Below are positions 55,201 through 64,000 of a stretch of DNA of 64,000 nucleotides, in pieces; within the stretch, counting starts at the first letter, position 1, and each line of letters opens with the position of its first letter. Made by a program: the position numbers and the translations under genes. The DNA is from a virus. Location: IMG/VR virus record IMGVR_UViG_3300045988_092438, one strand, 5' to 3'. Under the pieces are notes generated by a model that was not told where the DNA came from, did no database searches, and was given only the letters and a program-made list of their open reading frames with translations.

Positions 55201-57123
55201 TTATGCTACTGCAATAGTGACTGTCTTTGATTTTCTGCACAAGCGGCCGCCGACAGTACAATCACGAACAGAAGCCACAAAATCCAGACCCCAACAGAAC
55301 AGCCCAGAATCCGTAACAACATCCCAATCCGCACCCAATAGGGCAATGTAGATGCTATTGTTACTCATATTGACATAGTAGTAATCACCTACAGGTCTGT
55401 TACTGTCTCCACCGACTTTAGAGGTCATATACATGAAATCACAATCTTCGGAGTAACCAAAGGCTTTAATATAACCCTCTTTTGTAGCACAGCTAAATCC
55501 AGTAGCAATATAGTCTGCGATTGTGTCAGAGAAGTCTTTACTTCCGTCCTGCCAGTATGCTTCATTACAGTCACTACTTGCGGAATGTTTTCTGAGGAAT
55601 CCATCAATGAATTTCCAGATGTTTCCGAAAGGATTCTTAACACCTCTGTAAACAGGAACATCAACATTGTAAGCAGTACCATTAGAGTGTGTATAATTAA
55701 CAGTAATCTTACCACTGCCATTTCCTAAAGTGGTGTTTGCCGGATTAGGTACAGAGTTGTTAATGTTATCTACCCAAGGAAGATTTGTAACACCACTACC
55801 GAAGACACTTACTGCTTGAATGTTAAATGTTGCATACTCTACCACAAATAACATCTGCTCTGCACTTGCAATAGTAACGTCTTCTTGAATCCAGTCTACA
55901 CCTCTGTTAGCACACAGTTTTCTAACTGCGTCTCTTGTAAGGTTCTTGTTACCAGTAGCACTTACTCCGGCAACAGTAGCTCCACTTGCAGGTTTAGCTC
56001 TGGCAATAGAACTGAACTTCTGTCCAGTGTAAGGACTTGCAGAGAGTGTGCCACTATCAGTGAGGTCATAAGTTCCACGGGTTTCAATACAACCATCATT
56101 CTCACCAATAAAGTAGTAATCAAGCTCTACATCACCTTTCTTAAATGCCGGGTGAAGTTTAAATCCGTCTCTTGCTGTAGGACTGATAAGGTCAATCCAC
56201 TTGGTCATGTGATAGCCCTTTACTTGATAGGTGTCATCAACCTGCTTCTCAAGTCTGACAGGGATTCTCTTGTAATAGAACTTAGGTTGCATAACCATAC
56301 ACTGTACTTTAGTTCCTACAGCTACGTCACCTACTGCTACAGTTAAAGCTCCTGTCTCTGTATAGGCTTCATCACCATAGAAAGCAACAACTTTTCCGTC
56401 ATCAGTTACATTGCATCTTCGTCTGTTACCATATACAGGAGACTTGTCATAATCTTCACCTGCACTCCAATACTGGTTATCACCCATTCTCTTAACACTG
56501 TTGTTGTCAAGGTCTACTTCTACACCCATAACACCTTCTCCAAGAGTTCCGAGCTGAACTTGAAGGTCAATAACTGTGTTAGAGAGGTTGCTAAAGCTAA
56601 TCTCCTTACACAGTCTTGTCATAACACCATCAGCAACTTTAGCAATAGCAAGATTATGTCTTGCCGAATCTGTTGTAGTTGCAAGAGTGTATTTAACCAC
56701 TTTACGTCTGGAAGTCTCTGTATCAGAACGATTGTCTTTAAACCAGTTAGTTACAGTAGTACTGTCCTGCTGATTTCCCTCTTCTTTCAGTGTTTCACTG
56801 TAAGTAGCTGTATCTTCCCACACTTGAAGGTAAACAGTTCCACTTGAAGCTGTAAGAGAGAGTCCAGTGCTTTCAACCATGTAACCACCAACTGCTAAAG
56901 CACAACCCTCTTTTACTTTTACTGCCCCACCTTCATACACAATCTTACTGAGGTCAGTGACACCATCACCAATGATGTTTTTGATAGCTCTTCTAAGCAT
57001 ACTCTTCTGAATTTCCTGCACTTCATTCATTTCTACTTCAAGAAGTGGTTTTTCAGCACCAAAGACAACACCGGAAACTCCTGCGTTGTCTCTATGATTT
57101 GTGTATTTATCAAAACTTGCCAT
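55201..57123 (-). CDS. tail fibre / receptor-binding protein, DGR target (C-terminal CLec-type variable region)
   Basis: 640 aa. The VR encodes ALLGADWDVVTDSGLFCWGLDFVASVRDCTVGGRLC, 13 codons before the stop. Confidence 0.85.
   Translation of the reverse strand: MASFDKYTNHRDNAGVSGVVFGAEKPLLEVEMNEVQEIQKSMLRRAIKNIIGDGVTDLSKIVYEGGAVKVKEGCALAVGGYMVESTGLSLTASSGTVYLQVWEDTATYSETLKEEGNQQDSTTVTNWFKDNRSDTETSRRKVVKYTLATTTDSARHNLAIAKVADGVMTRLCKEISFSNLSNTVIDLQVQLGTLGEGVMGVEVDLDNNSVKRMGDNQYWSAGEDYDKSPVYGNRRRCNVTDDGKVVAFYGDEAYTETGALTVAVGDVAVGTKVQCMVMQPKFYYKRIPVRLEKQVDDTYQVKGYHMTKWIDLISPTARDGFKLHPAFKKGDVELDYYFIGENDGCIETRGTYDLTDSGTLSASPYTGQKFSSIARAKPASGATVAGVSATGNKNLTRDAVRKLCANRGVDWIQEDVTIASAEQMLFVVEYATFNIQAVSVFGSGVTNLPWVDNINNSVPNPANTTLGNGSGKITVNYTHSNGTAYNVDVPVYRGVKNPFGNIWKFIDGFLRKHSASSDCNEAYWQDGSKDFSDTIADYIATGFSCATKEGYIKAFGYSEDCDFMYMTSKVGGDSNRPVGDYYYVNMSNNSIYIALLGADWDVVTDSGLFCWGLDFVASVRDCTVGGRLCRKSKTVTIAVA
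55241..55346 (-). repeat. DGR variable repeat (VR) inside the fibre gene
   Basis: Hand alignment at offset 359 gives 24 mismatches. 23 of these lie where the TR sense strand has A. Confidence 0.9.
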
Positions 57124-57142
57124 TCTTTAAATCCTCCTTTAA

Positions 57143-57727
57143 TTATACTAAGTTCAGAGTGAACCGCATGGTTCTCTCAATAGTCATTTCCTCAGTTTTT
57201 GTAACAACTGCATGGTGACGTTTGTTAATCATGATTCCAGAGTCTTTTGCTGTTGTAGCATTACCTCCAAAGATACCAAACTCTCTCCAAACACCATTAC
57301 AATCACTAGGACCGAAAGTGTGAGAAATTTGCAGAATGTTGGTAGGTGTGCTTACCTCATTATAATCAGAGTTAAGGAACTTAATCTCTCCTGCTCCGAT
57401 TGCAACTCTTCCTAACTCAGCAGTGAGTTTGGTGGAGTTAATGTCTGGATTTGGCATACTACCATCCCAACTAGAAGCACCACTTCCAACAGCCCAGTAC
57501 TGAATACCTTTGTAACCACTCTGCTGTTTTAACAGACTCATTACAAGGTTCAAGAAGTTGTTGACTACAAGATTGTGTCCAACTCTCTCTTCAATGTGTC
57601 CATCTGCATAATGGATTCTGTCAATAATCTCACCTGTCATGTGAACATCATGACCATCTTTAGACATAGTTTTTAAATTCATGATTTCTTTGTCCTCCTG
57701 TTTAAAATTTGTATTATCATTAAACAT
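57143..57727 (-). CDS. hypothetical tail-fibre-module protein
   Basis: 194 aa, GGAGG RBS. Confidence 0.55.
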   Translation of the reverse strand: MFNDNTNFKQEDKEIMNLKTMSKDGHDVHMTGEIIDRIHYADGHIEERVGHNLVVNNFLNLVMSLLKQQSGYKGIQYWAVGSGASSWDGSMPNPDINSTKLTAELGRVAIGAGEIKFLNSDYNEVSTPTNILQISHTFGPSDCNGVWREFGIFGGNATTAKDSGIMINKRHHAVVTKTEEMTIERTMRFTLNLV

Positions 57728-57746
57728 AGTTTAATTGATACCTCCT

Positions 57747-59276
57747 TTATGTGAGTAATAAATTTCCAGATTCTAAAGTAAATGACCCTGCAAGAGAGGT
57801 ATAGATGTTGCCTTTACCTATTCTACTCTTACCTGATATACCATTTACTGATAAACCTTTACAAATATTATCCACTAAAAATATGTCAGTAATTGACGTA
57901 TAGATTTTAGTCAGTTCTATATCAAAGACATTTCCTTTAATAGTAGGGGTATAGTCCTCATAAGAAATGCTTGGGTCTTTTGTAAAGTTACAAAATAAAT
58001 TTGAAATACTTACTCCCTCTAAGATATGGTTGCCCACAATACTCTTGGGGTTTTGAATGAGGTTTATCACTTTACACTTTTCTATAGTACAATTTTCTAT
58101 TGTACACCTAATAAATCCATAGTATTGTGCTAAATCATCATTGATTACAATTTTAGAGTTTTTAACAGTCGATTCTGCAAAAATATAAGTAGAAAATTCA
58201 TTAGGAATAGTACCATATATAGCACACTCTGCCAAAGTACAATTTACAAAATAATTATACTTAGTTAAACTGTTTCCCATATCAATGTAACACCTTAAAA
58301 AATTACTGTGAGAACCTATTCTACCAACACAGCTTTTTGGAACTTTAATAATACAGTCAATTAAAAAAATTCCGTCTGAACTTTCTGTTGTTCCATCATA
58401 AAAGATGTTATCATTACAAGATTCCACTAAAAAATCACAATCCTTGATAAGAATTTTACCGTGTGATTTCAAATTAGAATCTGTATATATAGACACCATT
58501 CTATCAGTATTACTATCTGAGAAAATAGTTTTAAATGTACAATTCTGAATCTTAATTGTACCTACTGATTTATTAGAGTGTCTTGCGTCCACATAAAGAA
58601 TTTCGTCCGTATTCTTTTTTTCAAAATAACAGGATTCAAATAAGGTGTTGTAGCTATCCTTAATTGAATCAAAGTTATATATACAGATACCTCCTCCACC
58701 TTCTGCATTTTGAGAATCTAAAAACTTACATCTTATAAAAGAAGTATTATAGTTATCACCTCTAAGGTGAATTGGTTCTATTCGGTCTGAAACCTTATCC
58801 ATTTTAAAGGTACAATCTTCCAGAGTAACACCATCTGTTCTACGAAATCCAATCATAACTTTTTGAGAGGTCATTTCTCCTATTTTTTTAGAAGTTAAAG
58901 TAATTCCATGAAGGGATATGTTACTATCAATTTCTGAGGAATCATCATAATAAGAGGAATTTATAATATAAAAAGCGTCAGTAAACCTCTCAAAATTATC
59001 CGAAAAAATTATTGTAGAATCATATCCAAAAATATGAGTATTGGAAGGTAAAATTAAAAAAGAAGATATTAAATATGTTCCTCTTAACAAAATAATTTTA
59101 TTTTTACACTTTAAAGCTCTTTTAATTGCTTCTGTGTCATCATGTACACCATCACCTACTGCTCCGAACATCTCTGGTGTTATACCTCGCTCTTCAATAC
59201 CATCTTGCAGGTTATCATAAAGGTCTTTATTCATAACAGTAACACCATCAGTGGTGTTTCTTCTTGTATATGCCAT
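57747..59276 (-). CDS. beta-helix (pectate-lyase-3-like) tail fibre / depolymerase
   Basis: FGAVGDGVHDDTEAIKRAL N-terminal motif, with repetitive beta-helix-type sequence rich in N/I/C. Confidence 0.65.
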   Translation of the reverse strand: MAYTRRNTTDGVTVMNKDLYDNLQDGIEERGITPEMFGAVGDGVHDDTEAIKRALKCKNKIILLRGTYLISSFLILPSNTHIFGYDSTIIFSDNFERFTDAFYIINSSYYDDSSEIDSNISLHGITLTSKKIGEMTSQKVMIGFRRTDGVTLEDCTFKMDKVSDRIEPIHLRGDNYNTSFIRCKFLDSQNAEGGGGICIYNFDSIKDSYNTLFESCYFEKKNTDEILYVDARHSNKSVGTIKIQNCTFKTIFSDSNTDRMVSIYTDSNLKSHGKILIKDCDFLVESCNDNIFYDGTTESSDGIFLIDCIIKVPKSCVGRIGSHSNFLRCYIDMGNSLTKYNYFVNCTLAECAIYGTIPNEFSTYIFAESTVKNSKIVINDDLAQYYGFIRCTIENCTIEKCKVINLIQNPKSIVGNHILEGVSISNLFCNFTKDPSISYEDYTPTIKGNVFDIELTKIYTSITDIFLVDNICKGLSVNGISGKSRIGKGNIYTSLAGSFTLESGNLLLT

Positions 59277-59288
59277 TTTCTTACCTCC

Positions 59289-60908
59289 TTACATTAACCC
59301 AAACATTGTTGGATATTTTACTTGTGTCTCGCCATTTACCGTTATCTTAACACACTCTGGGATATTATTCAATATCATAGTGTTAAGAACACATACAGAG
59401 GTGTTTAAAAATGCCATGATTTCAGTGTCATGTTCATTCTGCACCCTTGCTGTCTCTTGTACAGTATTCTTTACAGTGTATTCCTCTAAATCTTCTCCTG
59501 CAAGATTTCCTATATCAACATGACCCTCATTAGTGAGTAAGTCTTTATTGAAAGTAAATCCAGTGTTAAGAGAAGCATAAAATCTCTGCTCACCAATTAC
59601 AAGACTTTCTTTTCTGTGAGTATCTTCTGAGCCAAGGCTTGTATTATCAGCAAGACCAACAGTGTCAATAGTTTCGTCAGTGTCAACACCTTCATTGAGA
59701 TAGAGATTATCATTCAATCTTACCACAAAATTATTTAAAACACCTTTGTAAATCTCAGTAGACTTATCAGACCTAATTGTGGCAATTTCGGACTGTAAAT
59801 AAACTACCTTATCAGAGTGTTCTTCTGTCTTTGAGATAAAGTCATCATTAGCAAAAACAGCACTGCCAAAAGTGTCTCCAATATTAAATCTTGAGTTACC
59901 TTCATCAGTAATACCAATAGAAGGAAGTGTTGCCTGTTCTTCAAAGATACTCTTCATGGTATTCACAACAACTTCAAGCACCTTTAATCTTCCAGTGTCT
60001 AACATTGGTGTTGTCTTGATATTTGTTGCCACAAGTTCATCTGTATCAATGTAGTCATTTAACACCAAATCATCATTCAATAACTTAAATGGATTATTCA
60101 GTGTGGGTCTTAAATACTGATTAGATTTCCTCCGGTCAAGATTTCCTGTCTCTTGAAGAATATATTTTATCTTATCCCAGAACTTGTCAACCTCTACATT
60201 ATAGTAATAAGACTCATTCAGATAAATACTCTTGTTGAGTCCTAAATCAAAGTTATTGAGAGTAGGGAACAGTCCTTCTCTATTGCCACTAAGAAGTCTG
60301 CTATGCTCACTTCTCACTTCTGTAACAAAGTCCTCAAGTCTCTCCCTTGCTTGCAACTTCGCTGTCTCATAAAACAGGTACACAAAGATAATAGTAACCT
60401 CAATAAAGAATGGCAAAAACTCCTTAATAATTCTAAGGAGTTGTTCTCTATCTGGTAAGTCTCTTGCACCTGTCTGGTCATAGTCCATTTCCAGTCTAAG
60501 GTCAACATGATAGTCATTCAAAAAATCTGGACTAATTACAATGTCCGTTTTTACATCAGAGATAATAGAGGTAAGGTATTCAATAACTGTAGTAGCACCT
60601 TTTCTGGCATAAAGGTCTCCAAGGATAGGAAGTAACTTTCTCAGATATACTTCTGGAATACCATTAAACAGAGGTAAACCATACTGCTCAAAGAGAACAC
60701 CTAACACTTCGGAAGGAGTTCTCTCTGGGTCATTCAGATTTAAGATACCATTCAATTCATCTACTACAAAGGAATATCCTCCATCAGATAACACCTGTAA
60801 ATATCTCTTGAGGGCATAGTCAACCATACTGTCAGCATTGTGGTACATAACAGGAAGTGTATTATACAATTTTTCACTGAATGTTTTGCTGTCCATTACT
60901 TTTGACAT
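59289..60908 (-). CDS. baseplate/tail protein (XkdU / gpI-like N-terminus)
   Basis: Position after the baseplate J gene; N-terminal YLQVLSDG..LNDPERTP..LFEQYGLP. Confidence 0.5.
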   Translation of the reverse strand: MSKVMDSKTFSEKLYNTLPVMYHNADSMVDYALKRYLQVLSDGGYSFVVDELNGILNLNDPERTPSEVLGVLFEQYGLPLFNGIPEVYLRKLLPILGDLYARKGATTVIEYLTSIISDVKTDIVISPDFLNDYHVDLRLEMDYDQTGARDLPDREQLLRIIKEFLPFFIEVTIIFVYLFYETAKLQARERLEDFVTEVRSEHSRLLSGNREGLFPTLNNFDLGLNKSIYLNESYYYNVEVDKFWDKIKYILQETGNLDRRKSNQYLRPTLNNPFKLLNDDLVLNDYIDTDELVATNIKTTPMLDTGRLKVLEVVVNTMKSIFEEQATLPSIGITDEGNSRFNIGDTFGSAVFANDDFISKTEEHSDKVVYLQSEIATIRSDKSTEIYKGVLNNFVVRLNDNLYLNEGVDTDETIDTVGLADNTSLGSEDTHRKESLVIGEQRFYASLNTGFTFNKDLLTNEGHVDIGNLAGEDLEEYTVKNTVQETARVQNEHDTEIMAFLNTSVCVLNTMILNNIPECVKITVNGETQVKYPTMFGLM

Positions 60909-60911
60909 ATA

Positions 60912-62390
60912 TTACACCTCCTTCACTTTACCACCTGTTACATTTAATGTGAATGTTCCTAAAGTAATAATCTTACTTTCACTGTCTGGTGAGATTATGT
61001 CACTGTCTGGTGAGATTATTCTAAAGGACTCAACTCCGGCAAAAGTTTCTCTCACTTGACTCTCCAATTCAGACTTTGCAAACTTAGTGTCAAACTTCAT
61101 GTTACCATAAGCAAAGAAAGTGTTCTTCACATAGTCTTCCACATAGTCTGTGATAGTAGCCTTATCATAGTCATCATCAATGATAAGGTTAGCAGTAAGA
61201 TTAACTTTATACTCCTCATGTTCTTTAAACTGATAAGAAGTTCCCGGAATAATTCTTGAGTCAAAGAACATTGCAATCTTTTTCAGAAGTTCCTCTGTCA
61301 TTTCATAACCCTGTCTCATAAGATAGAACACATTCATTTTCAGTTTTGTGGTTTCATCTGGAACACTTTTAGCAGATAACACCTCATAGAAGTTGATTCT
61401 TAAAAGGTCTGCATAGTCCTGTGCTGTGATTGCTCTGTCTTGAGTCCTAAAAGTGGCAGGAGCATTTTCTCTAATCTCCTCAATACTTTCTTTTTCATGA
61501 CCGAGTACTAAAGGTTGGTGAGGATTAAAAGTCTTCTCTACATAAGCTACACTCTCTGAAATTTCAGTGATAGTGTTTGCTTTAACATTACCAATTTCTC
61601 CACCACCAGTTCTGTATGAAGCAATAATACCATTATCAAAGACAGCAGGAATTTTACCTCTTGCACCACTACCAAATTCAACATAACAGTTATCAAACTC
61701 GTCCACTGTCACAGTGTAGTGTTTGCTTGTCTCGTCACTGTCAATAAAGGTGTTCACTTGAGTCCATAACTCAAATCCATTACCTTCATCAATCATCAAC
61801 TGAATAGAATCTGTAAGCACTTCTTGATAATTCAGTTTAAAGGACTGATAGGGCTGTCCGTTTGAAGTACCTAAAAGGTCTTCATTAACAGAAGTTCCTT
61901 GTTGTACATTAACCATGTACTTATACTCACCTGCTTCTGTCTTTTCATCACCAAGTTCTCCGGCAGGAATGATAAGGTCATCTGTAGTCTCAAAATAAAC
62001 AACAACCATATCAGTACTTTCGGCTGTGTGAACAACACTACCCTTAGGAATGATAATGTCTCTATCCATCACATTACCTAAAACAAATATCTGTTGGATA
62101 ACACTGGCTGTTTGGTTCTTTGCAATATATCTTAACTGTCTTGCTAACAACACCGCAATTCTTCTATCCTGTGTGGTAGGCAAAAAACAGTCATTTGCAA
62201 TTACATCACTGTATAAACTACAAATATCCAGACCATTTGCAAGGCACTCAATAATGACAATACCTGCATCAGTCTGGCTTGTATCAGTGTACTCCGGCAT
62301 ACGTTTCTGTAACTCCTGTATTAAAAGAGTTCTGTATGCTTCATAATCTCTACTTGTATAATCAATACCTTGTGTTGGTTTTCTACTCAT
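60912..62390 (-). CDS. baseplate J-like protein
   Basis: DYEAYRTLLI...TDTSQTDAGIVIIE..A..LD N-terminal pattern, size and synteny. Confidence 0.75.
   Translation of the reverse strand: MSRKPTQGIDYTSRDYEAYRTLLIQELQKRMPEYTDTSQTDAGIVIIECLANGLDICSLYSDVIANDCFLPTTQDRRIAVLLARQLRYIAKNQTASVIQQIFVLGNVMDRDIIIPKGSVVHTAESTDMVVVYFETTDDLIIPAGELGDEKTEAGEYKYMVNVQQGTSVNEDLLGTSNGQPYQSFKLNYQEVLTDSIQLMIDEGNGFELWTQVNTFIDSDETSKHYTVTVDEFDNCYVEFGSGARGKIPAVFDNGIIASYRTGGGEIGNVKANTITEISESVAYVEKTFNPHQPLVLGHEKESIEEIRENAPATFRTQDRAITAQDYADLLRINFYEVLSAKSVPDETTKLKMNVFYLMRQGYEMTEELLKKIAMFFDSRIIPGTSYQFKEHEEYKVNLTANLIIDDDYDKATITDYVEDYVKNTFFAYGNMKFDTKFAKSELESQVRETFAGVESFRIISPDSDIISPDSESKIITLGTFTLNVTGGKVKEV
60980..61021 (-). repeat. 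in-frame 21-nt tandem duplication
   Basis: cactgtctggtgagattat occurs at 60980 and 61001. It encodes IISPDS(D/E) twice. Confidence 0.8.
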
Positions 62391-62796
62391 TGTTTACTTC
62401 ACCTACCTCAAATTTTGCTGTGTACCAAGTCTCATACTTGATAATTTTAAAAGTTATGGTAGCAAAGAGAAAGCTACCTTTGTCTGTTGTTTCTACTGTG
62501 AACTCAATATTATCCTCAGAAGATTCTACTCTATCCTCAAGTCTTTCAATAGCGTCCATGATTCTTGTCTTCGCTATTGCTTGTAGTGTTTCATCATTCG
62601 GTTCAAACACCACATTGATAAGCTCTGAATAAATGTCAGCTTCCATTACTCTCTGTAAATAATGAGTTCCGAATATCTGTCTAAGACTTTCCACAATATG
62701 TGTCGGGTCTGTAGCACTTGTGGTTGACATTACTACACCACCTTGAGGTCCAATTCTAAAAGGATAACTGATACCTCTAAAACCACTTTTAGGCAT
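62383..62796 (-). CDS. gp25/GPW-like baseplate wedge protein
   Basis: GISYPF......G.......I.ESLRQIFGT....RVM....YS.L pattern and synteny. Confidence 0.65.
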   Translation of the reverse strand: MPKSGFRGISYPFRIGPQGGVVMSTTSATDPTHIVESLRQIFGTHYLQRVMEADIYSELINVVFEPNDETLQAIAKTRIMDAIERLEDRVESSEDNIEFTVETTDKGSFLFATITFKIIKYETWYTAKFEVGEVNNE

Positions 62797-62810
62797 AACT
62801 GATTCCTCCT

Positions 62811-63359
62811 TTATACATTAGGTGCGTCAACTCTTGTATCAGCATGAACGATACCTCCACCATTCTTACCGACATAAGCATTGACATTTCCTGCATTAAG
62901 ATTGTAACAACTAACATTACCTTTCACTTCTAAAGAACCATCAACTGTTACTTTATTGTGAACGATTTTTAAGTCACATACACCTGCTCCAACATTTATT
63001 ACAATCTCACCATTTTTCATAGTGATAGTACAGTCTGCATAGTTGATAATTCTAACCTTGTTTTTAGAAGAACCATAGCTCTTTCCTAAAGGAGTGGTCT
63101 CTTTTTGCCACCAGTTACCTAAATACACAGGAAAATTTGGGTCTCCTTTTTCAAAGGCAATCCAAATCGTCTCTTTTGGTTGAGGGAGACAGAAATCTCC
63201 ACCTGTGTCATAAGCTACTGGAACACAAGGCTCACACCATGCACTTTCTATTTTATCACCAAGAACATCTGGTATCAAACACTTTATTCTACCCCTTTTT
63301 TCTGGGTCATTGGTATTACTAACAATACCTTTATAAAATCCTGCATACGTTGTGGACAT
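62811..63359 (-). CDS. baseplate hub/spike protein (gpV / gp5 OB-fold-like)
   Basis: GIVSNTNDPEKRGRIKCLIPDVLG...SAWCEP......GG.F.LP...E.IWIAFEKGDPNFPVYLG. Confidence 0.7.
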   Translation of the reverse strand: MSTTYAGFYKGIVSNTNDPEKRGRIKCLIPDVLGDKIESAWCEPCVPVAYDTGGDFCLPQPKETIWIAFEKGDPNFPVYLGNWWQKETTPLGKSYGSSKNKVRIINYADCTITMKNGEIVINVGAGVCDLKIVHNKVTVDGSLEVKGNVSCYNLNAGNVNAYVGKNGGGIVHADTRVDAPNV

Positions 63360-63374
63360 TTCTATTTCACCTCC

Positions 63375-64000
63375 TTATGGAATAATAAGTTTCAGACCAA
63401 TAGGAAGTCTCCTATACTGTGATGGACTGATATTATTTGCTTTTGCAATCTTAGGATATTGTGCCCCATTTCCATAATACTTTCTAGCAACACTCCACAA
63501 ACACTCTCCGGCTTTGAGATAATGAATACGCTGTGAAGTCTTTTTAGGTTTTTTAGCAGGTTGAGTACCCTTTTTCTTTCCGGGTTTTTTCTTCTTTGGA
63601 ACTTTCTTGTCCACAGTACTTGTAGAGGTCTTCTTTAAAGAGTTTCCAAAGTCCGTCTTAATAACTGTGGCTGAATGAGAATATCCTTCTTTACTTATCT
63701 GTCTTGTTACATCTTGCACAAAATATAAACCAGACAGATACTTACCTAATCCATTTAACTTTACAGTGTCTCCGGCAGTGAGTTTAATGGTCTCTTTTGT
63801 TGCAATAAACTTTAGTTGACCTGTGAGAATATTGTACTCAATCGTGTTATATTTCTTCTCCGCACTACCTGTTGAAGAGTTCGGGTTAGAATTACTTGAA
63901 GTCATGTTTCCACCACTACTTGAGGAAGGTTTTGTATTACCACCACTACTTGAGGAAGGTTTTGTATTACCACTTCCAGAAGAGGGTTGTTTATTACCAC
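63375..64000 (-). CDS. XkdP-like tail protein with C-terminal LysM (gene continues past right edge)
   Basis: C-terminal HYLKAGECLWSVARKYYGNG..IAKANNI. The frame stays open upstream of the track's Met through to nt 64000. Confidence 0.7.
   Translation of the reverse strand, partial: GNKQPSSGSGNTKPSSSSGGNTKPSSSSGGNMTSSNSNPNSSTGSAEKKYNTIEYNILTGQLKFIATKETIKLTAGDTVKLNGLGKYLSGLYFVQDVTRQISKEGYSHSATVIKTDFGNSLKKTSTSTVDKKVPKKKKPGKKKGTQPAKKPKKTSQRIHYLKAGECLWSVARKYYGNGAQYPKIAKANNISPSQYRRLPIGLKLIIP
63911..64000 (-). repeat. 30-nt in-frame tandem repeat (two perfect copies + one degenerate)
   Basis: 63911-63940 is identical to 63941-63970. It encodes GNTKPSSSSG units. Confidence 0.8.

Larger units (their letters stand above)
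53498..57123 (-). mobile_element. diversity-generating retroelement cassette (target-VR, TR, spacer, RT; no Avd seen)
   Basis: See the component features. Confidence 0.85.

Noticed and set aside
366-63422. About 90 plus-strand ORFs of 60-165 aa in the supplied track.
   Set aside because: Each lies antisense to a longer minus-strand gene that has an RBS and recognisable motifs. Their products are low-complexity (Leu/Ser/Phe-rich), and none has a convincing RBS or promoter.

Overview
This 64-kb window looks like part of a low-GC tailed dsDNA phage or prophage. The host type appears to be Firmicutes/Clostridia, judging by a SpoVS-like protein, SleB-type hydrolases, a glucosaminidase-CHAP-CW_7-LysM endolysin and a PBSX-like XkdP..XkdX baseplate gene order. 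Every credible gene is on the minus strand, and the plus-strand ORFs in the track look like antisense shadows. Many track ORFs start at GTG/TTG or at upstream in-frame codons, so I re-set starts where a GGAGG-type RBS made that clear. Reading the minus strand from right to left, the order is as follows. (1) A baseplate and tail-fibre module. (2) A diversity-generating retroelement (DGR): a fibre gene carrying the variable repeat (VR), the template repeat (TR), then the reverse transcriptase (RT). (3) XkdX-like peptides, holin and endolysin. (4) A replication/recombination module: SF2 helicase, DnaC-like loader, DnaB, primase, SSB-like protein, HU, PolA, dUTPase, RecA-like protein, Cas4-like nuclease and UvrD-like helicase. 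(5) ThyX, NrdD/NrdG and a 7-deazaguanine DNA-modification cluster (FolE, QueD, QueE, QueC, DpdA-like) with an embedded tandem DUF2829 (Tad2-like) gene. (6) Small early-type genes separated by three large repeat-rich non-coding regions. (7) A near-consensus promoter driving a 1.4-kb RNA-only operon, then a terminator, then a Ro60/TROVE-vWA orthologue. The most interesting signal is that RNA operon. Four tandem 126-150-nt modules share a two-helix stalk whose helices covary around a conserved internal loop. Two modules carry ordinary cloverleaf tRNAs. The other two carry circularly permuted tRNA-like cores with closed acceptor stems and serine anticodons, reminiscent of Y RNA/YrlA partners of Ro60. 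All folding, alignment and family calls were done by eye, with no searches run.
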